Translations under genes and position numbers: made by a program | Source of the DNA: the human T2T-CHM13v2.0 reference genome, Homo sapiens | DNA: 64,000 bases | Strand: one strand, 5' to 3' | Assembly: GCF_009914755.1 (NCBI RefSeq) | Contig: NC_060929.1 | In this document: one piece after another, positions 1 to 13,162 of the stretch | Position numbering within the stretch: the first letter of the stretch is position 1 | Layout: every line of letters begins with the position of its first letter | The notes under the pieces: model-generated | Told to the model about the DNA's origin: nothing | The model's input: the letters and a program-made list of their open reading frames with translations, nothing else | Databases searched by the model: none

Positions 1-551
1 CAACTAAAAGGGGCAATTGGTTACCTAAAATTTTGCTCTAATTTGTATATATTGGAGAAATCGTGTTATAATAGAATATGTTAAACTTAGGGGTTTCTTC
101 CCCCCAAATTTAACTTTTTGTACCCTCATGGTAGGTGTTAGACTAAAAGTTAAACAAATAAAAACTCCAGTGTTTACCCACCATCTTTAAAAGTCTTGAT
201 GAAACTGTGTAGCACTTTTCTTTGGAGGGTGGGACTACTTTCCCACTGTAGTTTTGGAGTCTCAGCTGAAATTAAGACAGGAAGTTTCATTTTATATCCT
301 GTTGCATTAGTATTAACATATTTTTAAATTCATGCTAATCAGCATCATTGGTATAAAATGGAATAAAATGAATTTGTAGGGAGTGTTGCTCCCATGTATA
401 TTCTAAAGCAAGTAGGAAAGCTCTCCACTTTTATCACCTTGCTTTCTACTCTACAACTTCCTAAAAAAAATCTATTCTCCCACAGTTCTAGAGGCTGGAA
501 GTCCAAGATCAAGGCGTCCACAGGGTCATACACCCTTTGAGACTTGTAGGG

Positions 552-913
552 TGCATTAGTTTGCTAGGGCTACCATAAGTACCATGGATGTGGTGATTTA
601 CACAGAGATTTATTTTCTTACAGTTCTGGAGGTTAGAAGTGTGAGATCAATGATTGGTTTATTCTGAGGCCTCTCTCTTTGTCTTGTAGGTGGCTGTCTT
701 CTCCCTGTGTCTTTACAGCATCTTCCCTCCATATGTGTCTGTGTCCAAATTTCCTCTTATAAGTACAGCAATCATAGTGGATTGGGGCCCATCCTAATGC
801 TTCATTTTAACTTAATTACCTCTTAAAGGCCCTATCTCCAAACAGTCACAAAGGTACTGGAGGTTTGAACTTCAGCACATGAATTTTGGGAGGACACAAT
901 TCAGCCCATAACA
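552..913 (-). mobile_element. MLT1A-type solo LTR
   Basis: Starts tgcattagtttgctagggct, ends cacaattcagcccataaca; near-perfect 5-bp TSD taggg/aaggg. Confidence 0.8.
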
Positions 914-1175
914 AAGGGTATCCTTCCTATGTTCTGTTGGTTTTCTAGCAATCTTTGGCATTCCTTGGGTTATACATACATAACACCAATCTTCCATCTT
1001 TATGTGATATTCTCCTGGTGTCTCTTCACATCATTTTCCAGCTGTGAGCATCTGTTTCTCTGTTCAAGTCACCCCCTTTCATAAGGACACCAGTGATACT
1101 GGATTAGGTCCCATCCTAATGAACTCATTTTAACTTAATTAGCCCTGGAAAGACCCTATTGCTGAATAAGGTCAC

Positions 1176-3475
1176 TATATTACTCTGTTCTCAGGCTGCT
1201 AATAAAGACACACTCAAGACTGGGTAATTTATAAAGGAAAAAGTTTAATTGACTCACAGTTCAGCATGGCTGGGGAGGCCTCAGGAAACTTACAGTCATG
1301 GCAGAAGGGGAAGCAAACATGGCCTTCTTCATATGGCAGCAGCAAGCAGAAGAATGAGTGCCCAGTATAGGGGGAAGCCCCTTATAAAATCATCAGATCT
1401 TGTGAGAACTAACTCATTCTCATGAGAACAGGATGTAGGAATCCTCCCGCATGATTCAATTATCTCCACCGTGTCCCTCCCATGGCACATGGGGATTATG
1501 GGAACTACAATTCAAGATGAATTATGGGTGGGGACACAGCCAAACCATATCATTCTACCTCTGGCTTCTCCCAAATCTCATGTCCTCACATTTCAAAACC
1601 AATTATGCCTTTCCAACAAAGCCTTAACTCATTCCCCCAAAGCCTTAACTCATTAAGGAATTAACTCAAAAGTCCACAGTCCAAAGTCTCATCTGAGACA
1701 AGGCAAGTCCCTTCCACCTATGAGCCTGTAAAATCAAAAGCAAGTTAGTTACTTCCTAGATACAATGGGGGTACAGGCATTGAGTGAACACACCCATTCC
1801 AAATGGGAGAAATTGGCCAAAACAAAGGGGTTATTGGCTCCACGCAAGTCCAGAATCCAAAAAGGCAGTCATTAAACCTTAAAGTTCCAAAATGATCTCC
1901 TTTGACTCCATGTCTGATATCCAGGTCACGCTGATGCAAGAGATGGGCTCCCATAGCCTTGGGAAGCTTTGCTCCTGTGGCTTTGCAGGGTACAGCCTCC
2001 CTTCCGGTTGCTTTCATGAGCTGGCATTGAGCGTCTGAGACTTTTCCAGGTGCATGGTGCAAGCTGTCAGTGAATCTACCATTCTGGGGTCTAGAGGATG
2101 GTGGCCCTCTTCTCACAGCCCCACTAAGCATTGTAGTGGGAACTCTGTGTAGGGGCTGGGGGCTACGGCTCCACATTTTCCTTCTGCACTGCCCTGGAAG
2201 AGGTTCTCTGTGAGGGCTCTACCCCTGAAACAGACTTCTGCCTGAACATGCAGGCGTTTCCGTACATCCTGAGAAATCTAAGTGGAGGTTCCCCAACGTC
2301 AGTGCTTGACTTTTGTATACCTGCAGGCTCAACAACACGTGGAAGCTTGCACCCTCTGAAGCCATGACTCGAGCTGCACCTTGGCGTCTTTTAGCCACAG
2401 CTGGAGTGTCTGGGATGCAGGGCACCAAGTCGCTAGGCTGCACACAGCAGGGGAGCCCTCGGCCTGGCCTACAAAACCATTTTTTCCTCCTAGGCCTCTG
2501 GCCATGTGATGGGAGGGGCTGCTGGGAAGGTTTCTGATGTGCCCTGGAGACATTTCCTCCATTGGCTTGGTGATTAACATTCAGCTCCTTGTTTTTTATG
2601 CAAATTTCTGCAGCTGATTTGAATTTCTCCCCAGAAAATGGGTTCTTGTTTTCTATTGCCTCATCAGGCTGCAATTTTTCCAAACTTTTATGCTCTGCTT
2701 TCTCTTGAATGCTTTGCTACTTAGAAATTTCTTCCACCAGATACTCTAAATCATCTCTCTCAAATTCAAAGTTCCACAGATCTTTAGGGCAGGGGCAAAA
2801 ATGCCTCCAATCTCTTTGCTGAAACACAGCAAGAGTCACCTTTATTCCAGTTCCCAACAAGTTTCTTATCTCCATCTCAGACCACCTCAGCTTGGACTTT
2901 ATTGTGTATATCACTATAAGCATTTTGGCCAAAGCCACTCAACAAATCTCTAGGAAGTTCCAAACTGTCCCACATCTTCCTGTCTTCTTCTGAGCCCTCC
3001 AAACTGTTCCAGCCTCTGCTTGTTACCCAGTTCTAAAGTTGCTTCCACATTTTTGAGTATCTTTATAACAGCACCCCACTACCTGGTACCAATTTACTGT
3101 ATTATTCTGTTCTAGTTCTGCTAATAAAGACATACTCAGGACTGGGTAATTTATAAAGGAAAGAGGCTTAATTGACTCACAGTTCAGCGTGGCTGGGGAG
3201 GCCTCAGGAAATTTACAATCTTGATGAAAGGGGAAGTAAATATGGCCTTCTTCACATGGCAACAGCAAGGAGAAGAATGAGTGCCCAGTGGAAGGGGAAG
3301 CCCCTTACAAAATAATCAGATTTCATGGGAACTAACTCACTATCGTGAGAACAGGCTGGGAGAAACTGCCTCCATGATTTGATTATCTCCACCTAGTCTC
3401 TCGCATGACATGTGGGGATTATGGGAACTACAATTCAAGATGAAATTTGGGTGGGGACACAGCCAAACCATTTCA
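1176..3475 (-). mobile_element. Full-length THE1D MaLR element (LTR 1176-1552, internal 1553-3097, LTR 3098-3475)
   Basis: Two ~377-bp direct LTRs (...aataaagaca...ggggacacagccaaacca...), typical THE1 internal sequence (source of ORFs 1745-2938), perfect 5-bp TSD GTCAC at 1171-1175 and 3476-3480. Confidence 0.92.
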
Positions 3476-3881
3476 GTCACATTCTTAACTCTAGTGGTTA
3501 GGATTTCAACATATCATTTTCAAGACATAATTTAACTCATAACAGTAATTGTAATAATTCATGTTTTATTTGGAACTCATGTTAAGCTGAGACATTGAAG
3601 CTATGTTTAGGGTCTGCCTGCTTTCCCTCACAGGATCATTAACACTAAATTAGTCTGGATTCCATACTTGGGTTAATTTCTAACTGATACTTAAAATCAG
3701 AGAATGAAATTAAAAAAATCCTAAAGACAATTTCAGTAAATCTGCATGTTATTTGAGCTTAGATTCATTAATTCCCACAAGCCTACTCCAAATTCAGATT
3801 AATATTTAATTCTCTTATCTTGGAAAAGTAAAACTGTGTAATTTTCTAGGTAAATAAAAAGAATCATTGTGTTATGCTACA

Positions 3882-4270
3882 TGTATTGGTCAAGGTCCTC
3901 CTTGAAAACAGATAGTACATTCAAATTAGGATAATTATAGGAGGATTTAATAAAGGATAATTTACAAAGATAAGGGTTTGATAGCCTGACTAACAACAGT
4001 GGAGTTGTTACCACCCCTAGATCTTAAGGAAGGTGAAATAATGGAGTCAGAAGGATAGAGTAGCAGTTGTCTTTGTTTGTGGGATACAGAAAGGAATGAG
4101 GAAGATAGGTTCCCCACCCCTTACTCTCCTTTTCTCCCTTAACTCCTGCTGTAGCTTTCCATTAGCCAAACCCAGCTGGTATCCAAAGTAACTGATGTAA
4201 TCCATACACATGAGGCTTCTAAGACAGAGGGTGAGGAAAGTCTTCTGTTTGAAACCCAACAAAGAGAATA
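3882..4270 (-). mobile_element. LTR33-like ERVL LTR
   Basis: Reverse complement ends '...ttatcctaatttgaatgtactatctgttttc...accaataca' and contains 'ccattagccaaacccagctgg...tccatac'; same family as the element at 28150-29082. Confidence 0.65.
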
Positions 4271-4399
4271 CAAAAAATTTCTTCTGCTACCTTATCAGGA
4301 TTGTTTCCAATATGGTCATATTTCCACGTAAAACCTAAAGATTAGCTGCCACTGACGCTCTTCATATAAGGTAACAAGAAGAAAAAGGGAAAGAGAGTT

Positions 4400-5040
4400 A
4401 GGAAAACATAGCTGCTAAATTCCCTAATTCTGTCTGTGGTCACAAAACCTTCTTCCATCCTAATCATAGAAGTCTTTTGAACCATCCATTCCATGTTCCC
4501 CTTAACTCTTCTGTAACTTCAGCTGGATGGTGTTCTGTGTACCCATCTGGTGACCCAGTCCTCCGGTATTGGGAACAGGATTGGACAAGGAAAGACAGAG
4601 GTGACGAAGTGAATACCTGAGTTTCACACGTGGTCCTCTATTGTGTGGCAGCAACCCAATTTCCTCCTTGTCAGGGTCAATAATCTTGGCCATTGTGGAG
4701 ACCTGCATCATAGACTGTTGGCTCAGTGGCATGAAGAATCCAAAATGGATCTGAGGACATTTGTTTTCATTTGATTCTTCATAACTGTGTTTCCTGGTAG
4801 AATCCCTTCTTCTGTGGAGTCTAGGACCTCCAAACACATCAAGCCCAAAATTCTTCCATAGGGTTATTAGGTATAATTGCTAGAGGAGTCACTCCCATCT
4901 CTACTCTTGTTTCTAACCTCATTCATTCTGGCAGTGGGGGAGAGAGCACTGAATGTTGGCTATTGCTTTAAGACATAACCTCATCCTATGGAACATCACC
5001 TTCCTCCCTAGTATACCAGCTCCTGCTATCATTTAAGAAT
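4400..5040 (-). pseudogene. ERVL internal remnant with degenerate dUTPase-like domain
   Basis: ORF 4502-4837 has HFGFFMPLSQQ...IIDPDKEEIGLLPHNRG, resembling ERVL dUTPase HFGLLMPLNQQ...VIDPDYQGEIGLLLHNGG; lies just 5' of the LTR33. Confidence 0.7.
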
Positions 5041-5141
5041 GCGAAGCACTTTCTTTCTATCATTTTCTGGTTTTCTGGCATAGAGTTTAATAAATATATT
5101 CTTTAATTGTTTTACAAGCTATTTATTTTTTTCTTTTACAG

Positions 5142-5183
5142 AGTAGTTCTATTTCTTTCTGCTTTTCAGTTTATATATCCTTG
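5142..5183 (+). CDS. Candidate 42-bp phase-0 coding micro-exon (SSSISFCFSVYISL)
   Basis: Strong pyrimidine tract ttttttttcttttacag|, weak donor TTG|gttaga; open in the frame of the downstream candidate exons. Confidence 0.3.
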
Positions 5184-5294
5184 GTTAGATATAGATCTAC
5201 TCAAACCTATATTTCTCTAAGAGTAGGATGGTATATTTTCCTTAGCTTGCTTTCCAGTTACTTAAGCACTAGTAGAACTTAAGTGGGTCCAAAA

Positions 5295-5616
5295 TGTGGC
5301 TCATGCCATCATTTTATTCGTTCAAGAAGTTGAGGACATGGGAAGAAATATGGGCTTTGGATCTTTCCGTTGGAATTACTTCAATAGGATCCAGATTTCT
5401 CTTGCTTGTCTACCAAAATTTGGACCTATTGCCTAGCTCTGTGAATTCAGATTCTGTAATTCTGCTTGTTTGACTATATGCCTGGTTGTTTTGCCATCTC
5501 AGCTTCATATTTACTGCCACCTCTTACTTGCAGAGTTAGATGTAGAGTTAGTCTGTTTTTGTGCCTATAGTCCATCTGGATCTTTTTATCTAGCTCTGTC
5601 TCTTCATCGCTACTCA
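5295..5616 (-). ncRNA. Candidate antisense terminal exon
   Basis: Minus-strand acceptor ctttcttatgtag| at 5617, AATAAA at 5313-5318 (minus strand). Confidence 0.3.
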
Positions 5617-6037
5617 CTACATAAGAAAGGTTATATACTTCATAATTTTTTTTCCTCTTATGTCCCAACACTAATATAATCCATGCAGGCATAAAACCAA
5701 GGATAAAGGCAGACAGCCTCAAAGCATGTATGTATACATCTATGTCAAACACTGTATGTCTATTGATGCACATGCTTTTATATAACGCCTTGCACAGCAG
5801 TCATTCAAAAAAGCTCGGTGCTTTCATCTTACTACTCTGTCTGCATCAGATAGCTCAGAGAATTTGGCCTGAGTCTGGGACAAACTTCAAACTATGGTAA
5901 ATGAGCAAACACTTTTCTGGGTCAAAAATAAAATGTGAACATCCAAAAGTAAATAGAAAACCTTTATGGTTATCCTGACAGCGTTCTTTTTTTTTCTAAG
6001 CCATTGAAAGCACAATTTTATTTTCTCTGAAAGCTCT

Positions 6038-7412
6038 TATTTATTTTATTTTATTTTTAAATGTTATTTTAAGTTCTGGGGTACATGTGCAGGATGTGCA
6101 GGTTTGTTAAATAGGTAAACACATACCATGGTGGTTTGCTGCACGAATTAACCCATCACCTAGGTATTAAGCCCTGCAAGCATTAGCTGGTTTTCCTGAT
6201 GCTCTTCACCCCTGCCACCAACGGGTCTCAGTGTGTGTTGTCCTCCTGACCCCCATGTGTCCATGTGTTCTCATTGTTCAGCTCCCACTTATAAGTGAGA
6301 ACATGCAGTGTTTGGTTTTCTGTTCCTGTTAATTTGCTGAGGATAATGACTTCCAGCTCCTTCCATGTCTCTGCAAAGTACATAATCTAGTTCTTTTTTA
6401 TGGCTGCATAGTATTCCATGGTGTATGTGTACCACATTTTATTTATCCAGTGTCTGTCACTGATGGTTATTTGGATTGATTCCATGTCTTTGCTATTGTG
6501 AATAGTGCTGCACTGAACACACGCATGCATATATCATCATAATAAAATGATTGAAATTCCTTTGGGTATATACCCAGTAATGGGATTGCTGGGTCAAATG
6601 GTATTTCTGGTTCTGTGTCTGAGGAATTGCCATACTGTCTTCTACAATGGTTGAACTAATTTACAAACCCACCAACAGTGTAAAAGTGTTCCTTTTTCTT
6701 CACAACCTCAACAACATCTGTTGTTTCTTGATTTTTTAATAATCACTATCTGACTGGCATAAGATGGTATCTCATTGTGGTTTTGATTTGCATTTCTCTA
6801 ATGATCAGTGAAGCTGAACTTTTTTTCCTATTCTTGTTGGCCACATAAATGTCTTCTTTTAAAAGTATTTGTTCATGTCCTTTGCCCACTTTTTAATGGG
6901 GTTGTTTGTTTTTTTCTTGTAAATTTGTCTAAGTTCCTTGTAGATTCTGGATATTAGACGTTTTGTCAGACGGATAGATTGCAAAAAATTTTCTCCCATT
7001 CTGTAGTTTGTCTGTTCACTCTGATAATAGTTTCTTTTGCTGTGCAGAAGCTCTTTAGTTTAATTAGATCCCATTTGTCAATTTTGGCTTTTGTTGCAAT
7101 TGCTTTTGACATTTGTGTCATGAAATCTTTGATCATGCCTATGTCCTGAATGGTAGTGCCTAGATTTTCTTCTAGGGCTTTTATGGTTTTGGGTTTTACA
7201 TTTAAGTCTTTAATCCCTCTTGAGTTAATTTTTGTGCAAGGTGTAAGGAAGGGGTCCTGTTTCAATTGTCTGTATATGACTAGCCAGTTCTCCCAGCTCC
7301 ATTTATGAAATAGGAACTCATTTCCCCATTGCTTGTTTTTGCTGGGTTTGTCGAAGATCAGATGGTTGTAGATGGGCTATCTTATTTCTGAGTTCTCTGT
7401 TCTGTTCCATTG
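6038..7412 (-). mobile_element. 5'-truncated L1 (L1PA8-PA10-like), 3' ORF2 plus 3'UTR
   Basis: T-rich tail, L1PA 3'UTR, ORF2 peptide [20 protein letters not shown] (6966-7265). Confidence 0.92.
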
Positions 7413-8423
7413 CTGACAGGATTCTTAAAATCATAAGTTTAAATCCTGATAATACACTTTACTTTTCTTTTTATAAAATTAAGGAAGTAGTTTTGGATGA
7501 GAATACATATAATTTTTAACATCTAACATCTTGGTTTTTAAAGAAGCATAGACTCTAATGGTTCATTATTATTTCAAATTGTTTTAATGGAGCCTAGCAA
7601 CATAAATTGAAATGATTGAGGGATAAAAGCATAATTATAAACAGTAAAAGCATCAAATTAAAAGCCATAAAAAGTAGTCTTAGGTAAGGTCTTGTTTAAT
7701 TTCTTTCTGTATACTGTATTAGGCAGGAGAAATGGCTTGCTAATACACTTCATGCAAACTAGTACATTTTGCATCATGATTATACGAATCAAACATAACT
7801 GCAGAAGGTCAGACTTAGTTAATTTATGATCAAACTATTGTAAAAGATGCCTCCAGACATGAGCACTGATGATGTATTAACAGGGACCTTTTATACACCC
7901 TAATCAAGTGGGAATGGAGAGAGAAAGAGAGGGATTCTTCTACCCATATTCCCAAAGTATCTAATACTGATTAGAATTATTTTAAAACCTGAGAAACCAG
8001 TTATTTTTTGTGGTTTTACTGAGCCTAAATTTAGGAAACATAATTAATGAATGTCTATGTAATTAGGGCATTAGTTGGAGACTGATAATTATCAGATTCT
8101 ATAATTTATAATGGTTTCTGATTCCCATCAGATTTTTTTTTTGTGGGTTCCTCTATTTTTATTTTAGAACCACTAGAAGTATAATATACACTAGAGAATA
8201 GGCTGATACAGTCCAAGGAATTTAATTTTTATGATTCTTTTCATACCATGTGATTTAGCTGTCCTTTTACTTTTAAAGTGCCTTCTTAAAATTATAATGA
8301 TAATAGTAGTTGTAATTTTTCTTTGCATAGGCAGTGACTAGGCTTAGAGTATAATTGCTGATGTTCCTTGTAATTACTTTGTTTGGGGAACAAAAAGTCA
8401 GGGAGCTCAACTCTGTGTGTTAC

Positions 8424-8585
8424 CTGGGCCATTAATCCACCCTGTACCACGGAGACAGGGAAATGAGTGCTGTGTTGGTCACTTCTCTGGGAGCATTGTT
8501 TTTTGGGATTCCAGAATCCCACAGCTTCCATCAGGGCTGGTAAAACCTCATCCTTTTGGTTACCTCTTGGCTGTCACTTTGTGAT
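8424..8585 (-). ncRNA. Candidate antisense internal exon (162 bp)
   Basis: Minus strand: branch-like gctaac, ttttacag| acceptor, CAG|gtaaca donor; stops in all three frames from the acceptor. Confidence 0.35.
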
Positions 8586-8712
8586 CTGTAAAAGCTGCTC
8601 TAGAGTTAGCTAAAAGCAATTCAGGTCTTTATATGGGGAATCAGATTATAAATAAGTGAAGATCCTAACAGTTACTGAAAACAAATGTTAACACTAATAC
8701 TACATTCTTCAG

Positions 8713-8751
8713 ATTATCAATGCTTACCCTTGTTGTATGTATCTTTACCAA
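8713..8751 (+). CDS. Candidate 39-bp phase-0 coding micro-exon (IINAYPCCMYLYQ)
   Basis: Branch-like ctaat (8694-8698), cattcttcag| acceptor, CAA|gtaagg donor. Confidence 0.4.
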
Positions 8752-9388
8752 GTAAGGAGTCCGATGGTATTTTACAAATCGTTAAAAATGCACAGATTCT
8801 GATTTCTGTATCATAAGAGATAGCCAATATATTTCTAGTTTGTTATTATACAGAGGCAGCTTGTTTAATTTGGTCTTTTGAACCCATTTAAGGGGCACAT
8901 TTGCCTAATTATACAATTATATTGCTTCTTCTCTGTATTGGCTGGATGCAGTTCATCAGGAGGTCTCTTCTCCCATTTCCACATGGCAACTGGGCCACGG
9001 GTATCCCTGCTCCTAAATTTATCTTGAGATATTATTTTACCAGCCCCCACTTCCCACCTGGTGCTAGGGGAAGCTCAGGGCTAAGGCCGGCTTTTTTTTC
9101 TCTTCCCCTCTTTCTCCAGGCTAGTTACTCTCTCCTAGGAAGGATTTTTTAAATTACCATCTAGTATAGCAGGAATTTCACAGCTTATGGGAAAAGCCAT
9201 ACGCTTGGCCCTCTTAGCTTGGGTCCTTAATATTTATTGGGAAACTTTTTGAATTTAGAAAACTTTTTTTTTTCTGGTAAGTATAAGGGTCTAGCAATTG
9301 AAAGCTTGACTTATATGTTGTTTCTTCTGAAATAGGCTAAATTTAAGAACCTATTTTGCAATACTTTAACTTTGCAATCCAACCATGA

Positions 9389-9691
<303 letters not shown>

Positions 9692-9859
9692 CAGCCGTGA
9701 TAATTCTTATCTTCCTTACAGTAATGCGTTTCTCTTGCTGAACAGAAGGAGAGCCAAGAACAAGAAAATGTGAAAGAGCAAAGTACATTATTCAGGGTAG
9801 CTCTATTCCAAAATAATAGGAAAAGCATGGAATTTAAAGATTCTGTTTAAAGATAGGGC

Positions 9860-11088
9860 ATGAACCCATGTATCCAGCATACATATGTAATACATACCTC
9901 CCAAATTACTTTCTAAAACTCTAGTAAAATAAAGAAATGTAGAAAGATTTTTAAAAGGCATAAGATGGAGATGAAAAGGAAAGGCAACAACGTCAGAAGC
10001 ATTTTAAGAATAAGACAAGGAGTGTAGATCTGGGAGAGCTGAAGCTTAAGCCAATAGCGAAGAAACACGGCACCCTAATTTGCACAGAAGGTCCCCAGAA
10101 TGCTCAGGAATTGTTAACCTTAGATGTCCAGAAAGTGAGGGTGAAGGTGGAGATAAAAACAAGAGAATTGGACGCAAGGCTCTTAAGGAAGCAGTTTCAC
10201 TCTTTATTCAACACTGTCCCTACTCCAACCCGATAGTAAATTGAAGATTTTTCTCTGTAGATAATAAACTAGGTGTTGCTAAACTGGGCACATATGAAGG
10301 AAGAGAACCAAACTGAAACAGGATTATTTAGTGAAAGTTTGCATCTAAATATTAAGACCCCCCAACCCGACTCCAAACAGTCATCTTTTCCCACTGGATT
10401 CCCAGAATTTGAGTAATTAGAAATTATTTTCTGGGATTTCCAACAAGCCTAACATACAACATCTAAAAATACCAATATCAGGGTTTCTTAAATGAAACAG
10501 ACTAGCTACATGCCCGTGTATAAAGCCCACGGTTGAGCATCCATCCCACAGAATTTCCAGTTAGTTTTTCTGATGTGAGCAGATAGGCAATAGTTAACAG
10601 ACATCTGAGGAAATGTCGAATGTTAAATACAGAAATTAAACAAAAAGAAATCTACTGGAAACAGAGACTGTGAAAGTGAACACTTTGAAATATGGATTAT
10701 TAATATTCTCAGAGATAAGAAAAAATACTGGATCTGTGAAACATGAACACAATGTGATCTTTAAAAGAATATTCAGAGAAAAGCTCTTGGAAATTAATAT
10801 ATACGTGTGGAAAATTGGAGATAAAAGAAATGTAAGTTTAGGAATTCAGAGGTGGAAAGATACTGTCTGAAAAATAAGAGCTACATAAAGAAGGAACAGA
10901 GAAAATGGAGGGGAGGAGAACATTGAAATTAATTCAAGAAAAATTTCCAGAATTAAAGAATTGAGTTACCAGATTGAAAGGGCCAATTGAGTTCCCACAA
11001 AAATAGATGAAAATAGACTCAAACCAAAGCATAGCATCATGGAACAGAATACTAGAGACAAATAAAAGGACCTTGCAATAGCCTCTAG
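9860..11088 (+). mobile_element. Ancient L1M/HAL1-like 5'/ORF1 relic
   Basis: A-rich; 'aaaatttccagaattaaaga...cagattgaaagggcca' resembles an old L1 ORF1. Confidence 0.5.
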
Positions 11089-11375
11089 TTTAAGAGGTGG
11101 GAACACTAAGAGGTGATTAGGCCATGAGGGCTCTGCCATCATGAAGACTAATGCTATTATCATGGGAGTGGGGTTGCTATATCTTGAGAGTGGGTGGTTA
11201 GAACTGTGAGTTCAGCCCTCACGTGCTCACTTGCTCTTGTCCTCTTTTGCCTGTCTGCCTTCTGCCATGGGATGATGCAACACAGAGGGCTTTGCCAGAT
11301 GCTTGTGCTGTGCTCTTAGACTTCCCTGCCTTCACAGCCATGAACCAAATAAATTTCTATTCATTATAAACTACT
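11089..11375 (+). mobile_element. MST-type (MSTC/D-like) MaLR LTR fragment
   Basis: 'gaggtgattaggccatgagggctctgcc...tgccatgggatgatgc...aaataaatttctattcattataa'. Confidence 0.7.
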
Positions 11376-11614
11376 GGTCAAATGGTGTTTTCTAAATAGG
11401 ATTATTTAATGAAGTAAATACCAAAAGAAATGGCTCAAAGATGGATAGGCAGTTCATGCTGGACAGTGGAACCTGGTGGAGGGAGGATCTATAAGAAACT
11501 AATATTTTTCATCATAAGCCTTTTAGAATAATTTAACACTTAAACTCTGTATATCATTAATTTAAAAAATTGAAAACAGAAATGGCATGAAATTGGGAAT
11601 AAGACAAACTATAT

Positions 11615-11930
11615 TTCAATCACAAGACTGTAGTTTCTTTCTAGTGTGGCTTAACCTCTCTGAGCCTCCCTTTCTTCACAAGAAAAAGCATGACTAAATG
11701 TGATAGTTTCCATAAAGCACTTAATTATATTAAGTGAGAACCTTAAATAAGCTCTAGCAAGTGGCAGGCATTCAAGTTTGCTTTATATGTTTTCTAAGCC
11801 TCTGATAAATAAAAGCTTAGGGTTAATGAGGTTCAATAATTTCTCAAAGTCACACAGCTAAAAAGCATAACAGCCGTGTTTGACTCAGGGAGCCTGAGCT
11901 CTGTGCCCACATTTAACCACCATATTGCCT
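11615..11930. mobile_element. Two MIR fragments in opposite orientation
   Basis: 'cttaacctctctgagcctc' (plus core) followed by 'caaagtcacacagcta...aaccaccatattgcct' (minus). Confidence 0.55.
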
Positions 11931-13144
11931 TCTCTGTCCTACTATTCGTGGTAGATAGAAACTGCTTTCATCTTTATCTAAAATATCTAGTATAGTGCAA
12001 TTAATCAATATTTGAATGAATATTCTTTCAGTATGATTTAAATAGTCCTCCCCCTACGCTCCCTGCTGCCACTGTAATCATTGGCTCTTTTGTTATGCAC
12101 AGGTCATGAAGTCCCCTTGTTTTAATTTGCATATTAGAGATAAAAATGTCTTCAATGTGGGTTGCAGTACACTCTATTTTAAAAAATAATAGTCAACCCA
12201 TTCCCATCCTTAAATATATGCAAAAAATATTTCTTAAAACTCGATGGGAATTCTGTTTTAGAAAGAAATGCAAAATGGTAGTCATCTTTATTCCTCTGAT
12301 CCTTCCCTGCGTATATACTTAGTCCTTCATGCACACATCACAGGGGGAGGATATCATAGTCACTTGATATATAATCTTAAGTTGTGTTCACTTGAAATAA
12401 TCACACAAACACTATCATTTGTGAGAAAGTTGCCAAAAAGGGCCTAAAAGTAAATTAAATAATAAAGTACTTCGCATAGCATTATGAAGCCTAGATATGT
12501 TGTTTTATATGCAGAAATGGCATGGCTTAGAGTGGCAATAATTCTTATATGAGACTTGGAGAAGTGCAGCATACTGAGTACTGTTAGGTTCTGACTGCCT
12601 CATTGGCTCTAGAAATCTAGAAGAAATCAAAAAGTAGCTCCAATAATGTTAAGGAGGTGGCAAATGATTTATGAAAAAAGATGAGAAGAATTAAACAAGA
12701 ATAACTGGATAAATAGTGTAGAAAATAATATTTTATATGGGAAAAATGGAAACATTTGAGTAAATATTGGGGGAAACAATAGGAAGTGTAATTATGATGC
12801 CAGTAAAGTATTTGTTTTTAACTAGTTGCAATAAGTGGTATGTGGAAACATTAAAGAATATTTCAAACAGAGCTAAATTTTTCCAAAGATCAGAATTTTA
12901 GGAAAATAACATATTGCTTCAACCTGAGGTATTTACCAGGTGGTCAAAATTTGCAATAATCCTTCCAGTTTACTGTCGTTGATATTTTTCACCAAACATG
13001 GAGAAAATTTTAGACCAACCATTGAAAATCTGCTGTTTATTGTAAAAAACAAACAAACAAAAAAACCCACAACACATTGACAGTGAATCCAGTGAAAGTT
13101 CTGTTGTTAAATTTGTCTGAAGGAATCTTCTTAATGTACTTTAG

Positions 13145-13162
13145 GTACCAAGAGAGTATTCT
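13145..13162 (+). CDS. Candidate 18-bp micro-exon (VPREYS in phase 0)
   Basis: cttaat branch-like motif, tactttag| acceptor, consensus |gtaagt donor. Confidence 0.35.

Larger units (their letters stand above)
462..3544 (-). mobile_element. Old MaLR LTR (MLT1B/MLT1C-like) host, split into three pieces (462-551, 914-1175, 3476-3544)
   Basis: 'cacagttctagaggctggaagtccaagatcaagg', 'ataaggacaccagtgatactggattagg', 'aataaggtcac|attc...actcataaca' read as one contiguous MLT1 consensus once the two inserts are removed. Confidence 0.75.

Noticed and set aside
1745-3268. ORFs of 73-154 aa
   Set aside because: Fragments of the decayed THE1 internal region and LTR, not host genes
3633-3830. Possible upstream exons (ccctcacag|GATC...TTGG|gttaat and a following segment)
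   Set aside because: Phase does not fit the downstream chain without weak splice sites, and the alternative frame meets TG|A
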